This document shows, in pieces, positions 36,801 to 49,536 of a stretch of DNA of 63,697 nucleotides. The translations under genes and the position numbers were made by a program. Origin of the DNA: Somniosus microcephalus (Eukaryota). Each line of letters starts with the position of its first letter. The first letter of the stretch is position 1. Location: the NCBI GenBank assembly GCA_052327205.1, contig CM126204.1:78678304-78742000 (forward strand). Reading direction: 5' to 3'. The notes below the pieces were generated by a model, which saw nothing but the letters and a program-made list of their open reading frames with translations, was not told where the DNA came from and did no database searches.

Positions 36801-37539
36801 GGACCAGATTTTGCTGGAGCCGGGCATCACACAGCATACCCAGTTAGTTAGACTTGTTCATGCACGTTTAGGTTTTAACATTTTTTGCCCACAAAGTTGC
36901 TGGAAGTGCAAGCTAGTAACAGTACAGCAAGGGCAAAAGGGCATCTGGGACCTTGGTGAACAGGACAGTGTATCTCCTTAACCAATGAGATTTAATGATT
37001 GAGAAAGAAACAAAGGGAGGACTGAGTAGGGAGCTGAATGACAGTGGGTGAATTTAATGTCAAATCATGTACATAAAGTGAGGGGAAGAAAAATTGCATT
37101 GAGAAAAAAAGGAAAAATAAGATTTTCTTTAAATATTTAACATTTGACATCTTTAAAATCTTTTAAAACAATTCCCAACCTGAAGGAATGAGGCTCCACA
37201 TTAATAATTGTTCACTTTCTGGGCAAGAGAGGATGATTAGTAGTCATTAACAATTATCACTTCATTAAAAGGGTATTACGGTGGTAATTATTAGATATAA
37301 CTTTCTGTGGCGAGTTTAATGAGCAATTAATGTGCAAATGCAGCAACTTCATGAAAATCATAAGCGCAAGATGCCATTTTCATAAAGCTAAAGTCGGAAC
37401 TGCGCATATCGACCAGCAACTTGTGGCGATTCACAATTCACGGGGTATCGCTTCCTTCCTACATGGGCCTGGCCGATTTGCGTATTAATAATGGCGTACA
37501 TCATTCAGACGCTGTTATTTTTTCAGCAAAATCTGACCC
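36801..37539. mobile_element. MITE copy B
   Basis: TIRs ggaccagattttgctgg / tcagcaaaatctgaccc. Internal aaccaatgagattta and ggaatgaggctcca are shared with copy D. Confidence 0.75.
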
Positions 37540-38473
37540 AATGATATTTAATAGCGAGCTTGAAACTTGAACAGTGGAAAAGGATAAGCCCAAGTAGGTC
37601 TTTACTTTATATGTCAGCAAATGAAAATGAAAAAGAAGCCACTGTTAGGCTTAACGTAACCCCTCCCCCTGAAGGCAATTCATATTTGTATGTGCATGAT
37701 GATCAGGCAAGGAAGAAAAGGTAAAGACTGAAAATGAAGAACCTCACTCATTAGACTGGTTCCATATCCAACAAATACTGCAGAATCCTTTTCCACTTAA
37801 ATGAAAGGGAGAAGTGAGCAACCTACCTGCGTACTTGCAGCTAAGTTTGCTTGTTGTCTTCTTAAGTCTGATTTTATGAAAACTGTAAAGAAAATAGAAA
37901 TTATGAAACAATCTATTTCTGTTATATGCACATTTTAGCAACAATGGAACCTATGAAAGTGAACACTTACAACATTCTAAAAGATTGGTTAGTTTACTTA
38001 GTCAACTGAACCATAACAAAATTGTTTAATGTAATTCTGGTACAGCAAACTTTGTTCAGCACCTTTTTAAAACCATTAAAAATATGAAGCTTTAAAAAAT
38101 GCATAACTTAAAATGAAGACTTTTCAGATACAGTTTCCATCATACAAACTATAGAGATATTACAAATACATTGCTAATTATAAAGTAAAATTGGAGGTAT
38201 TACTGAAACAAACCTCATTCACATTCTTTAAACAAAAGTTGTTCTTAATAATGACAATTTCACTGTAATCAATTACATTCACCGTACTATCTTTCTGTGG
38301 ATGTTATACAGTTGTGTCAATTTATCAGAAACCAACAAGGAACAAAAAAAATTGTAACCCGCTTCTGTCAACCTTTTTTTTAAATCACTGATGAGGCATA
38401 TATTTTAATTCAATTGAATAGCACCACACACAAAACAAAAAGTATTGACTTTACATTTTTGCAGGGTCCTTAC

Positions 38474-38501
38474 CTCACACAGCTTCCAGACAGAACACTG
38501 G
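38474..38501 (-). CDS. FLVCR1: Candidate FLVCR1 alternative microexon (28 nt; 24 nt with the second acceptor)
   Basis: ctagtcttactattttcag|CCAGTGTTCTGTCTGGAAGCTGTGTGAG|gtaagg. Phase 0 gives PVFCLEAV*. Confidence 0.4.
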
Positions 38502-41342
38502 CTGAAAATAGTAAGACTAGCCAATTTAGAAATAAAAACGTCCAGCACATATTAGAAGTAATTAATAGAAGGGAGTGATTTCAAGGCAGTATAAAAAGAG
38601 GAAATGAAGGTAGGACTAGCGGTTGATCAAAATAAAATAACAGTGCAATAGCAGCCACAAAAACGTATGCTTCAGAGGCACGAGCGATTTAAATTGTAGG
38701 CTTATTTTCTGTAAACTACAGGCCCTCAGTGTATGTATTCGAATTACACAAAAAGTATAACATATTTACATATGCGTTAACTTTAATGGCTGTTAAATGT
38801 TACTACCATGCAGACCAGTCCCATTGTCCCAAAAACAGTCCAAGACTCGGGATTGGAGCAAGAAGTTGTGCAGAAAGCTAGGGCTTGGGAGGGAGAATTA
38901 CGTGTTGAGACTCCACATAGTATTATCATTTGGTGTGACTGCAGCACAAGCCTGTTTCCTGTTGTCACATTTGACCTCAACGGACACTTGCATTATTGTT
39001 TGATTATGGTCAGCCACATGCAGCACCGGTCATTTCGACAGTTGCTCAAGAGGTGCGAAACATTGTAGAAAGCGCCAGTCTAGAAGCCACTAGTGTTGCA
39101 CAAAGCCATGAGCTTCATTTTGTAATTTATGCCCTCCAAAAATCTCAAAATAGATTACTGCCTCATAATCACTCCCAGCTATTCCTTCTCCTCCATTTAG
39201 TGTGGTGCACAAAAGCTATATCCAATCTCAAATACAGAAGCTAATTCACCATATTATACCTGCATACCTGATGGGTAGTGAGTGTAGATTTTAGGTATGT
39301 CAGTTGTGCAGTTGCTCCATTCTTTTCAGGTTTATGCTTTAAACTAAATAAGTTTATCAAAGGATTACTTGTGCATGCAGTAAATGCTACCCATTGGGTT
39401 TTATAGTTCTGTTAGAAACAGCTGAGACTCTTGTATAACATGCGATTTTCCCAACCTAACTTCAGTAAGTAACTACTGAAGAACACAAAAGGTTTTTGTG
39501 TGTGCACATACAACATGGGAAGTATTAAAAAAAAGACACTTCACTATTAAGCCATACCCCTACAGATTCATTACCTGTAACAACAGACAGTTGCATACCA
39601 TGTCTAGTGGCTGGAGGAAAAAAATTGTCACTTTTCCACATCAGAGGGTGGACAGACTAGAGTATGAACTTTCTGCTGGAGAAACAAAAAATAAACTGAC
39701 ACTAACTTATTTTGATGTGTACAGAATAGTGTTTATAGCAGGTCAGATGTTTAGGGTTTTTTTGTGCTTGTAAGTAAAGTCAGAGTTAGAAAGTCGTTTT
39801 TGGCAGCCCCAGCCAGCATCAAGCACTCCTGGCAAGGTCAAGTATCAGTCAGATGCAGAGTAAAACTCCCTTTAATCTGCCCCAACAAACTGTCTTAACC
39901 ACAACCTCATAACACTTTAATAGCCTCCTAAGAGTCAGGTTGCTGACTGGCGCCAAACCACACGCGGCCTTGTGCAGTGGAATTGTGTGCAATAAGAAAA
40001 AGTTCAAGATGACCAGACTCATTTCATGTAAAGTCTTTAAAACAAAGGAAGCTTTCATTCCATATATCCAGCCTCATTTCAACAGATCCTGGAGGTGTGA
40101 GGACAGTGTTCCAAACCCTAACACCATCAAATCCCCATCAGAATTGTTTCTGGTTACACGATGGTTTCTGTTACTAGCAGCAGCATAACGCCGCCTTACC
40201 CTGTACACGATTTTCCATGGACAGTCACAATCCTGGTTCGTTCATGTAGACTGGTTATATTCCTTTCCTAAAACCTAAACAGACTAGCTTCACAATTGAC
40301 TTGTTAATAAAAACATGCCAGCAAACCAAACAAGAGCTGAGTGTGTCACAATGTTGCAGAACACTCAAAGAGTTCACAGGATGTCAAACTGCAAGAATGA
40401 AGGCTTAATAGTTTATGAACATCACAATGACTCTGAAGAGGAGTTAGATCGTTGAAAAATGCTCCAGCTATCTTTATAATTTAATTATTTTGTCTCTCCT
40501 TCAGTGAGCTTTCCATTCATGTTTATCCATTTAATTGCATTTCTGCCCTTACCACTGCTTTTTTTCTTACCGCCACTTGCATAGCCACCATGTTTTGCCA
40601 TATGCCTTTATTTCAAGTGACAGAAGAGTGATCAGCGTTTTAATATTCACCCACTGTATAGAGAAGAGATACTGGAAATCTGTTAGAAAGCTGCAAAACA
40701 TTCAAGAAGCTCTGTTGGAGTCAGTGTACTTAGTCGAGAATTTGTGCACAACCTCATTCTTGGCACTATCAATTAGTAGCAGCCTCCCGTAGGAGAACAG
40801 CTTATCATTATGGAACCTCAACCAATTGCATAGGGCCCCTTGCTCCCACATCTTGTCTAAACCTCAAGGATGGGGAGATGTAGTTTTAAGCACCCACAGC
40901 TACATCTGGATGACCAGAAGAGCATGTTGGGGAGCACGCTGTCTATATCGCTACTAGGTCGGTCTGTTCCCAGTTTTGTCAAAAATTCTTCAATGATTTG
41001 TCCACCGGGATTTAAAGAAATAATGAAGTGAAGTTTTATAAACATATTTTCTCTGAATTTCATTCTTCAGCCATGTACTTCAAGAAAAAGATCCAACATT
41101 ATTCCTCTACATAAAAAAAACTGCCCTTTCACTGACTTAAGAGTTCTAGCTATTGTTTGATCCCCCAGGTCTCCAAATTCTCTCATTATGCACTAGCAAT
41201 AACTTGCATATGACTTTCTAATTTAATGATTCACTAACTGATACGGTTTTTGCAAAGATGTTTTTTGCATAAAAGTTGTGAAAACCTACTGTAATTTACT
41301 ATATGTATTTACAGTACTCAACATACAATCAAAACTTAGTAC

Positions 41343-41434
41343 CTGTAGTTTGTTTGTTGAACTGGCTATATACTTCCTGTGCTGGAGAGAGGAGCAGCTG
41401 GTAAAAGGAGCTCTGTGATTTATTAGGAAAAAAA
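41343..41434 (-). CDS. FLVCR1: FLVCR1 exon 9 (divergent, 92 nt; 5' boundary uncertain)
   Basis: Phase 1 to phase 0 exon linking exon 8 to exon 10: (V)FFLINHRAPFTSCSSLQHRKYIASSTNKLQ|gtacta. Confidence 0.6.
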
Positions 41435-41779
41435 CTGGGTAAATTGGTTAAGAATATACAATACTTTGGGTGGAGAGTGTGCACAATGTTTACAGTTACA
41501 GTCAGTTGAAAATTTATATCAACAAACTTTGAAGGTATATAGATCTAAGTTTTGAGTTTGCAAAGTTCAAAATTTGCTGCAGCTTTTTCTCCAGGGTGGG
41601 TAAAAGCCAATGAGTGCAGCAAGGATTTTCAAAATAAAGTTGCTAATAGACAATACTGGAATTTAAGAAATCCAAAAAGAAAAGGAAGCCGAATATAGAA
41701 TCTCTTGGGATACCAGAGAATCAAAATGGATGGAACACAGTAGATTTGTACGCCATACCTATTAAAAATAGGATTACGG

Positions 41780-44700
41780 TGACAAAAGATAAATGCAAGT
41801 AAGAGGTATATTAGGTGTAGGGAGTGTGTTATGAAGAGACTTTTGTAAAAATTAAAGCTTAAGTGACAGCAGCTAAATCAGAAGTGGAAGTAAAATGACG
41901 GAAGAACTGCAAGTTACTCAAGGCAACACAATTACAGCTTCAGAAGGGCCTCCTGCAAACATCTAGCAAGTAGAAACTACCAAATTCCAGAGTGAAAGTG
42001 CCAAACAAAGACAGCACAAACAAATACCTCCTCATTGTGGAATCAATGGCAGCATTTCAGAACAAAACGGTACAGGTGATATAATGGTGCATCAGCTAAT
42101 TCTTGCCATTCTAATAGGGAACTCAGTAGTGAGACAAGTATAAAAGTGAGTTGTGTAGCGATATTAAATGCAGCGCATAATTTTCCAGGAGCAATGGTAA
42201 AGGCCATAGAAAGATGGGTTGACGTTCCAATGAAGTGAGTGGGGTTGAACCAAAAGTCTTGTACCACATGGGGACAAATAAATATAATTAGGTTTTAGAA
42301 ATAAGAGGGAACGATGAGGGTGTAAAGTGGTACTATCCAGCAGTACAAAGCAAACAGGCAGATACCTCTATTCAATGATTATTTGTTAAAGTAACAGGGA
42401 ACAGACTTTGAAATTAATTGGGGAGTTTTGAGCAGAAGGCAGTTATATAGGCAGGATGGACCACTCAACCAGATAGGGAAAACAAATGCTTTTATATTAA
42501 CAAAAAAACTATTGGAATTAGGGAAATGATCTATGCAATGAATAAAAATATTGATATTATCACATAAAACAGCTGCAAACACAGGATAGGCGAGAGATGA
42601 AGCTACAATGATAGAATGTTTTGGAATGATAAAACTAGGCAGAAGACTAGTGTTACTGAGTGATAATAAAACAGCCAACAAAGAATGCATGCAACAACAA
42701 TGGATTGTCAAAAACCAATATGGGTTGAAATTAATAAGAGTAAAATAATCATTGGGAAATATTTGTTAGCTTAAAGTGATCAAGGATGTCAAGATGCTTA
42801 GGTAAATAAAACTGTAAACATGAGCGAGTCAAGCTCCCTGGAGCAAAGTAGACAAACCAGGGTTAATCGAAAGGAAGGGGTGAACAATTTCATAGAGGCA
42901 GTAAGTCGCTACTTCTCAACATGGGAAGCAGTACTACAGTAGATCTATAATAATAAATGATTAATAATCTAGAAAGGGGTGAAATGTTTTAAGTGGCCAC
43001 TGAATAGGTAAATCAGATATTCGAATTAATGCTTTGGCAAAAATAACATTATTAAATAGCAAACTTGGGACTAAAGAGCTCCAGGAAGGAGTAATGGAGA
43101 AAGTTAATATAAAAATCAAGGCTTGTGGAAAGTATATTCCTAGGGGAAAAACTGGAACCCTGAGATTGTAGTAATGAACAAGGAGATCTAAAACAACCTA
43201 AAGGCAAAGAAAAAGTTATTTGAAAGGGTAAGAAACAAACAAATGGAATAGAAACTGTACTTCAAGAGAATGGAAAGGAAGATTGGAGACAGTAGCAAGA
43301 ATTCAAAGTAACCTCTCAGATGAGTTCTTTAAGAAAAAGGTTGGGTAGACAGGTCAAGAAATGACATTAGTTTTAAGTTAACATTTCGTGTCAGTCTTCA
43401 TTAACAAAATACTAGACATATTCCAGGTCCAGTCAAATTGCTTCAAAAATCTGAAGCAAATGTGAACATGAGAAAAAGCATGCGTTGTGAAGAGATTGAA
43501 GGAATTAAATGATAAACCCTAGAATCATCAAAAATTCAGCAAGACGCTAACTAATATAGCTACCCCTCCAAGAGCTCCATATAGTGGTTACATGGGGACT
43601 ATTTTGTGGGGCACTGAAGAGCAAGCAATATGATTTCAGAAGCAACAGGTTATGCCCCATAAATATGATGGAATTTAAGGTTGCAACTAAAAGTAATAGA
43701 AAAGGAATGTCAAGTGAACAAAGTTTATTTGGATCTTCAGAAGACATTTGATAAAAGTTCCACATGAGACTGACTAAAGTTCATGGAAATTAATGCAAAC
43801 TGGCTGAAGAATAGGAAGTGGGTGATGAAGATCAATGAGAAAGACAATAACTGATAGAAGTTCTGTGGTAGTCTGTTTCAACTCCCCTGCTATGCTAATT
43901 ATGAATGATGTAGAAGTCAGATACTTCAAATGATTTAAAATGTTGTTGAGAATACCAAGGCAAGTAGTCAGATGAGTAATCTACAAGAGATTGAAAGCAT
44001 TCCAAAGAATCTAGGTGAGTTTAAAGTGAATGTGGAAGGACATTATGAATGATGGAAAAGAATTTGGGTGGAAGACTGACTTCACTGAAAAGATCCGGTC
44101 AATGCAAAGTTGTTACCATAGTTACCAAAATACCAGAAATTTTCTCAAATGACTAAATTGAAATAGGTTATTTTAACCCAGTGTAATTCACTGATGAGGT
44201 CACATTTAGAACATTGTACATGATTTTGAGCATTCTACCTTCAAAAGGACACTGATGCACTGGAGGAAGTTCAGAGCGCAAAGATAATTGAGAGACTTGG
44301 GATCCTAAGTTGTGAAGAGAACTGTAGGTATTACGTTATTTGGACTGATCACAAAAATAGGAAATTAGCAACCCTCTAAGTTGACTAAGAAATTGAAAGA
44401 AAGTATCTTTCTCTCTCTTCTCCATATATAGATTCCCAGCAAAAGCAGTTAATGCAATGGCAATTAACTCTTTAAAAAAAAGAGCCGGAAAAATATTTAA
44501 AGAACCATTGCCAAGGTTCTAAGCATAACAACGGAGACAGATTATTAAATTCACTATAGAACATTATGGTTACTACATTGTTGGAACCATAAGTGGAACC
44601 AGTCAGCATTGAGTAGCACACATTGTACGGTCAGATTAAGCCAGAGGTTTTGCTGCATTACCCTTCAGGTTGGGGGGGGGGGGGGGGGGGAAGGAGGGAG

Positions 44701-44935
44701 GGGGAGGGGGAGGGGGAGGGGGTGGTGGAGAAGAGAAAAAGAGCAAAAGACCAGGAGCAGGTCTGGGTAAAATTTCAAAGCTTTATCTTCTTGGAGTTTT
44801 ATCAGTCGTTGGCTGTCTCCTTCGTAAGATTGACAGGGCTGAGTGGAGTCCTGAATAGGGAAGAATGTACAAGATCTGCGGAGGGAATGGCCTTAATGGG
44901 CCAAACTGTCTTTTTCTTGTTCCATATTATGTTTT
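41780..44935 (+). mobile_element. Ancient, heavily degraded long CR1 LINE (ORF1 and ORF2 remnants)
   Basis: ttgtaccacatggggacaaat (ORF1 esterase-like VHxGTN), atataggcag, atttggatcttcagaagacatttgataaaagttccacatg (LDFQKAFDKVPH), gaggtcacatttagaacattgt, and a CR1-like 3' end. Confidence 0.65.
44672..44725 (+). repeat. G19 run followed by (GGGGGA)n
   Basis: Directly visible. Confidence 0.9.
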
Positions 44936-45020
44936 CTACATTTAGCAGATTAAGGTGCTGCTTCCCTCAGACAGCAATGTATTACACAATAACTTTCAAA
45001 TAGTAAAAGCAGCTAATTAC

Positions 45021-45132
45021 CTGTAAGAATGATTCCCACAAAGATCCAAGAACACAGAAAGAGGTTTCCTGCAAGCGGGCCATGATCTGCTTTCAACTTT
45101 CCTTGGGCTAGCGTGAACACAATTCCAAATAG
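45021..45132 (-). CDS. FLVCR1: FLVCR1 exon 8 (112 nt)
   Basis: [37 protein letters not shown], with cag/gt boundaries and the expected length. Confidence 0.95.
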
Positions 45133-45625
45133 CTGCAATTACATAAAAACACAATATTGAAGTAACTGTCCAACATTAAAATACTCCCTTCCTCTGAGTC
45201 AATGTGTTTGCATACAGTTCCACAATTACCTACCAATACCTCACTAAAGTGGTTATTATTTATGTACTAGTGTCAGCAGGTCATTCGACTGCATCATAGC
45301 TCAACTCAATTCTCTCCTCAGATAATAACCATATGTGCAATTTCGGCAGATGTTGCTGTATAGCAACCAGGAAGAAGAACCCTGAGGGGCAGACCAAATG
45401 TAGTGCTCCTACTGCCAACCGTATCATTCTAAATCCTCAACTGACAATTTTAGTCATAACTGCACTTCAAACAAACCACAAAATATACCACTAATCCCTT
45501 AAAAAAAAACTTGCCCAATTAATAACCAGTTTCACTTTTAAAACTAGGCATATACAACATAATTTATACTTCAACTCATGGGACTGACAAAATAAAAGTG
45601 ATATTTACCAGATAAGCTATACTAT

Positions 45626-46554
45626 AGCCTAGAAATTCAAGGGCGCCATGCCTGCTTTCAGATGCAAAATAGGGGCGCCTAAGCATCCAATTTGACAAGT
45701 GGGGCGCGCGCGCTCATTACGTGCCATAAGTGCGCTGCATGCCTAAAGGCAGGTAGAAGTCGCTGGTTAGGTATTTGCATATGCAAATAGAGAGTCGAGC
45801 ACCTGTTTGAGACACCCATTCTAACACCAATGGTCCTTACAGGGACTGCTGGAGGCCGCTACCAAAAGTGAAAGCATTTATATAGCGCTTTTCATGACCT
45901 CAGGACATCCCAAAGCGCTAAAGTACTTTATTTTTGCTTAAGTGTAGTCAGTATTGTAATGTAGGAAATGTGGCAGCTAATTTGCATACAGCAAGATTCC
46001 ACAAACAGCAGTGAGATAATGACCAGATCGTCTGTTTTATGGACGTTGGTTGAGGGATAAATATTGGCCAGGACACCGAGAACTCCCCTGATCTTTTTCG
46101 AACAATGTCAGGAGATGTATTACATCCACCTGATAGGAAAGGCGGAGTCTCACTTTAACATCTCATCTGAACGATGGCACCTCCAACAGCGCAGCACTCC
46201 CAGTGCAGTACTGCACTGGGAGTGCCAGCCTAGATTATGTGCTCAAGTCTCCACCTTCTGACTCAGTGAGCGTGCTATCACTTACCTCAATGTGAAGCTG
46301 GAAGGAGCAAGAGTGCTCCTCCCGAATCCACTGCTATTGCCAGCCCTCGCTCTCTCCCAATCATTTTGCTCCCTATCCCAGGGCCTGCCTGAGGGTCGCT
46401 GCCCGAAATTGAAATCTTTTCCGCCAGCAAGCTGTCCAATACCTAGCAGGTGTCGGTAGCTTGCCGGTATTGTGTAAATGAGGCCAGAGGCCAAATACTA
46501 AGTGCGCCTTGGGCTTACCCTTTCCCGCCCACTAGTTGCTCCAATTTCTTGGCT
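45626..46554. mobile_element. MITE with TIR agcc(t/a)agaaatt, interrupted by a Deu-SINE
   Basis: agcctagaaatt / aatttcttggct, with flanks TAT and CAT. Confidence 0.6.
45872..46282 (-). mobile_element. Deu-domain SINE (SacSINE1/AmnSINE1-like)
   Basis: gcatttatatagcgc tail, aatattggccaggacacc core, cagcgcagcactcccagtgcagtactgcactgggagtg head region. Homologous to 62386-62704. Confidence 0.8.
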
Positions 46555-46689
46555 CATGAGTCTCAATAGTCTACTCTGTTTTTACGATTGTATGCCCTCA
46601 TGCGTGTGAACATTTTATGAAGTCACACCTAATGATTGGCACACCAGAAGTGTGACACATGGAAATTGCATTCGCTATCATTCAGTCTT

Positions 46690-47389
46690 TGAAACGGACA
46701 ACTTTGGGATTAGGTGCATGCGGAAATCACGAAATTGTGGTCAGTCATTGACAGCTCCAAAACAGGTTGCGCTGTGGCCACCACCACCCCCCCCCCGCCC
46801 ACCCCCCCTCGGCCAACAAACTGTATAATCAGCAAAATCATTGAAACTGTCAAAAGTTTCAGTTCTTCTGCAACAACTACGCTGTTAAATTTCCCACAAA
46901 GTTAGACCCAAAAGGATTAGGAGTAACTTTTTTTTTTTTTTAAAACAGCGTTATTACTGCTAAACAAATGCCAAGGGCTTGGAAAACTAATTTTAAATTT
47001 GTCCATTTCAATAAAAATTAAAATGAAGAAACTTTTCAAAATATTTTTTTCATTTAAAAAAAAGTTTATCCATATTTATTCCAGGTTTGCCTTTTCCCCA
47101 ATGTGACAGTCCCAATCTGTTTTGCTCTATTTTAAAAAGTAAGAATTTTAAGAGCTTACTCACATCCTTGTTTGCTGTCTGAGAATTCTTTACGGCCAGC
47201 AGACACGATGGGCCGAATGGCCTCCTTCTGTGTCGTAAATTTCAATGATTCTATACAGTTCATTGATTTGAATTGAAATTCGGAAAACCCGAAGTTCACA
47301 ACACAGGGATTGCAAGATCCTTGTGCAAAGTGTACTTCAGGGCCAACAGCGAATGGCTTTGCTTCACTGCTGACTGCAAATTCCGGGCC
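46690..47389. mobile_element. Partial relative of the MITE family with a CR1 tail inside (~47190-47255)
   Basis: Right TIR ctgcaaattccgggcc at 47374-47389. No clear left TIR. Confidence 0.45.
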
Positions 47390-48346
47390 AGTATCTAGCC
47401 TTAGGAAAGGTCACAAAAGCTGTCGACGATGCTCATTAGTTCCAAGTCTTCTGCATTCAAAATGCCGTATCTCCACTGTCATCTCTATTGCTCTCCCATA
47501 TCATTGCGGGTTGTCTTTGGGCGTCGAAGTATTGGAACAGCAGCAACTGTGTATGTTGCTAGGCGAGTGTATGGGGAGGGGGAATGCAGTATTTAGAGCA
47601 CTCGGCGGGATGTGCCAGGTCCGAGAGCAGTGGAGGAGGTGCGTGGGTGCAGGACTACTGGAAGTGGAATGGAGCAATTGGATGTGGAGAAAATCACGAG
47701 ATTTGGGTACAAGGCCCAGGTGGACTTACAGTGCAAAGGATCTCAAGGGTGTGAATGATTGGAGATGGATCCTAGAGCCCAGGAAGATAGGAGAGGTTGG
47801 AAATGATTTGTTGGTTTGGTTAAAAGGAGACTTTTCCACCCCACCTCCAAAGATTTAGAAGAGCATTTCCTAGCATGGAAGTGGGAACTCTTTCAGCTAT
47901 TCAAAGCATTCAGTACATTTATAATTATGTTTCCCAGCGTGGTAGGGGAGAGGGTACCACCATTCAGGTGTCCACAGAGGAGCAGTGATGAGGCAGAAGG
48001 GAGAAGCCACCAGCACTCAGGTAGGGCCAGTGCTCAGAGAAGCAGACACAACAGAAGGGAGTTTCAGACAGGAAGCCTGAATTTTGTAACTCAGATGGGT
48101 GCTGTTGTGAAGAACAGCACCACCTACGTTGGAGGCACAAATCAGAAGTTGGGAGGACCTGATACAAAATAAATACAAGACAGACTTAGCATTTCAGAGA
48201 TGTGATGGAAATAGGGCCAAAGGAAAATCTTGCAAATGTGCCTGCTATTAAGAGGAAGAGAACACAAGAGAAAGGCGATCAAGAGCAAAATCTCACATGG
48301 GTTGTTCGTATTAAGCTATACTGTTTCACTAGGACAGGAACATTAT

Positions 48347-49158
48347 GGTCCACAATTTGCTGTTAAAATAACGGCGAGGCTAACGGTGCTCACCGTTACT
48401 TATGCGCAAATGCTACAGCAACTTCAGGCAAGGGCAGATATGTGGAAATTCAATGGTTACTGTCCAAGATGCACCACTCCGCCGTTAGCTTTGTGAAAAC
48501 GGCATCTTGCTGTTTGGCTCACCATTGGAATGCATTGAACGGCGTGAGGTTGCTGTACTTGCTCAGTAGATACAAACTAAACTCGCCACAGAAAGTTAGA
48601 GCTGGTCTGAAGTGACACAAGGAGCTTGTTTTGGAGCCATTCAAGGTCTGCGTATATTTAATTAATCCTGGTTTAGCTGTTTTAACGATGTGGTAAGTGT
48701 TAATTACTGCCAATAAACCACTCGGACACTGAAAATTAACTATTACAAGTGTTGAGTCTTCTTACTTCAGGTTTTAATTTTAGGATTTCTTGAAGATGTA
48801 AAATTAAAAATTAGAAACAAAATAATGTTCCTGTCACTTTCCCCTCTCAATCCAATCTTTCTTTCCTTTTCTTTCTTTCTCTCTGTCCCTGATTTGACAT
48901 TGAATTCCCCCACTCTAACTTACACTTCTTTCACAGTCCTTGCGCTGTTAATTTCACAATCCTGCAATCTGATGGGTTAAGTAGAGACAGAGTTGCTTGC
49001 CCTGTTTACTCAGATGCCCGGTTTCCCTCGCTGCAATGTTTCCATCTCATACTTCCAGCAAAATGCAGCGCAAAATACTGCCGTGATTAAACAGGCACGG
49101 GGCAAGCCTAACTAATGGTGGATGCCGTTTGCTGCCCTGCTACAGCATATTATGGGCC
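48347..49158. mobile_element. MITE copy C with 3-bp TSD TAT
   Basis: TAT|ggtccacaatttgctgt ... acagcatattatgggcc|TAT. Confidence 0.8.
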
Positions 49159-49430
49159 TATATCATTTAGTACAACATATTAATGTCTCATTTTTAAGAC
49201 AGAATAAAATATACTCAAGTGTTGTAGGTCTGACATTTTCTGTTATTTAATGAATTACTTTAAGTGCTACAGTCACACACCACAGCATTCACTATCAAAA
49301 GAAACCAGAATGACTAGAAAGCATGAATGATTATATTGTTCATTAGTTTATTTACCAATTGTAAAAAGTATTTATTTTGTGAAGATATACAACTAACTTT
49401 TATGACCACCCCTCCCCCACAATCTCTTAC

Positions 49431-49536
49431 CTGCGCAGATGCATTGAGAAGTCCAGATGATGTCCCCTCAGGTTCTGGGTAGGTTATTTCTACACCAAAT
49501 TCAAAGCCCAGTGGAAGATAACCGGTCATGAAAAAA
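49431..49536 (-). CDS. FLVCR1: FLVCR1 exon 7 (106 nt)
   Basis: [35 protein letters not shown], with tttcag/gtaaga boundaries. Confidence 0.97.

Noticed and set aside
44623-45003. Gly/Glu-rich ORFs
   Set aside because: These are translations of the poly-G/(GGGGGA)n tract.
47310-48172. 182-aa and 118-aa plus-strand ORFs in FLVCR1 intron 7
   Set aside because: They have non-ATG starts, no recognisable motifs and no splice support. They are probably degraded repeat sequence.
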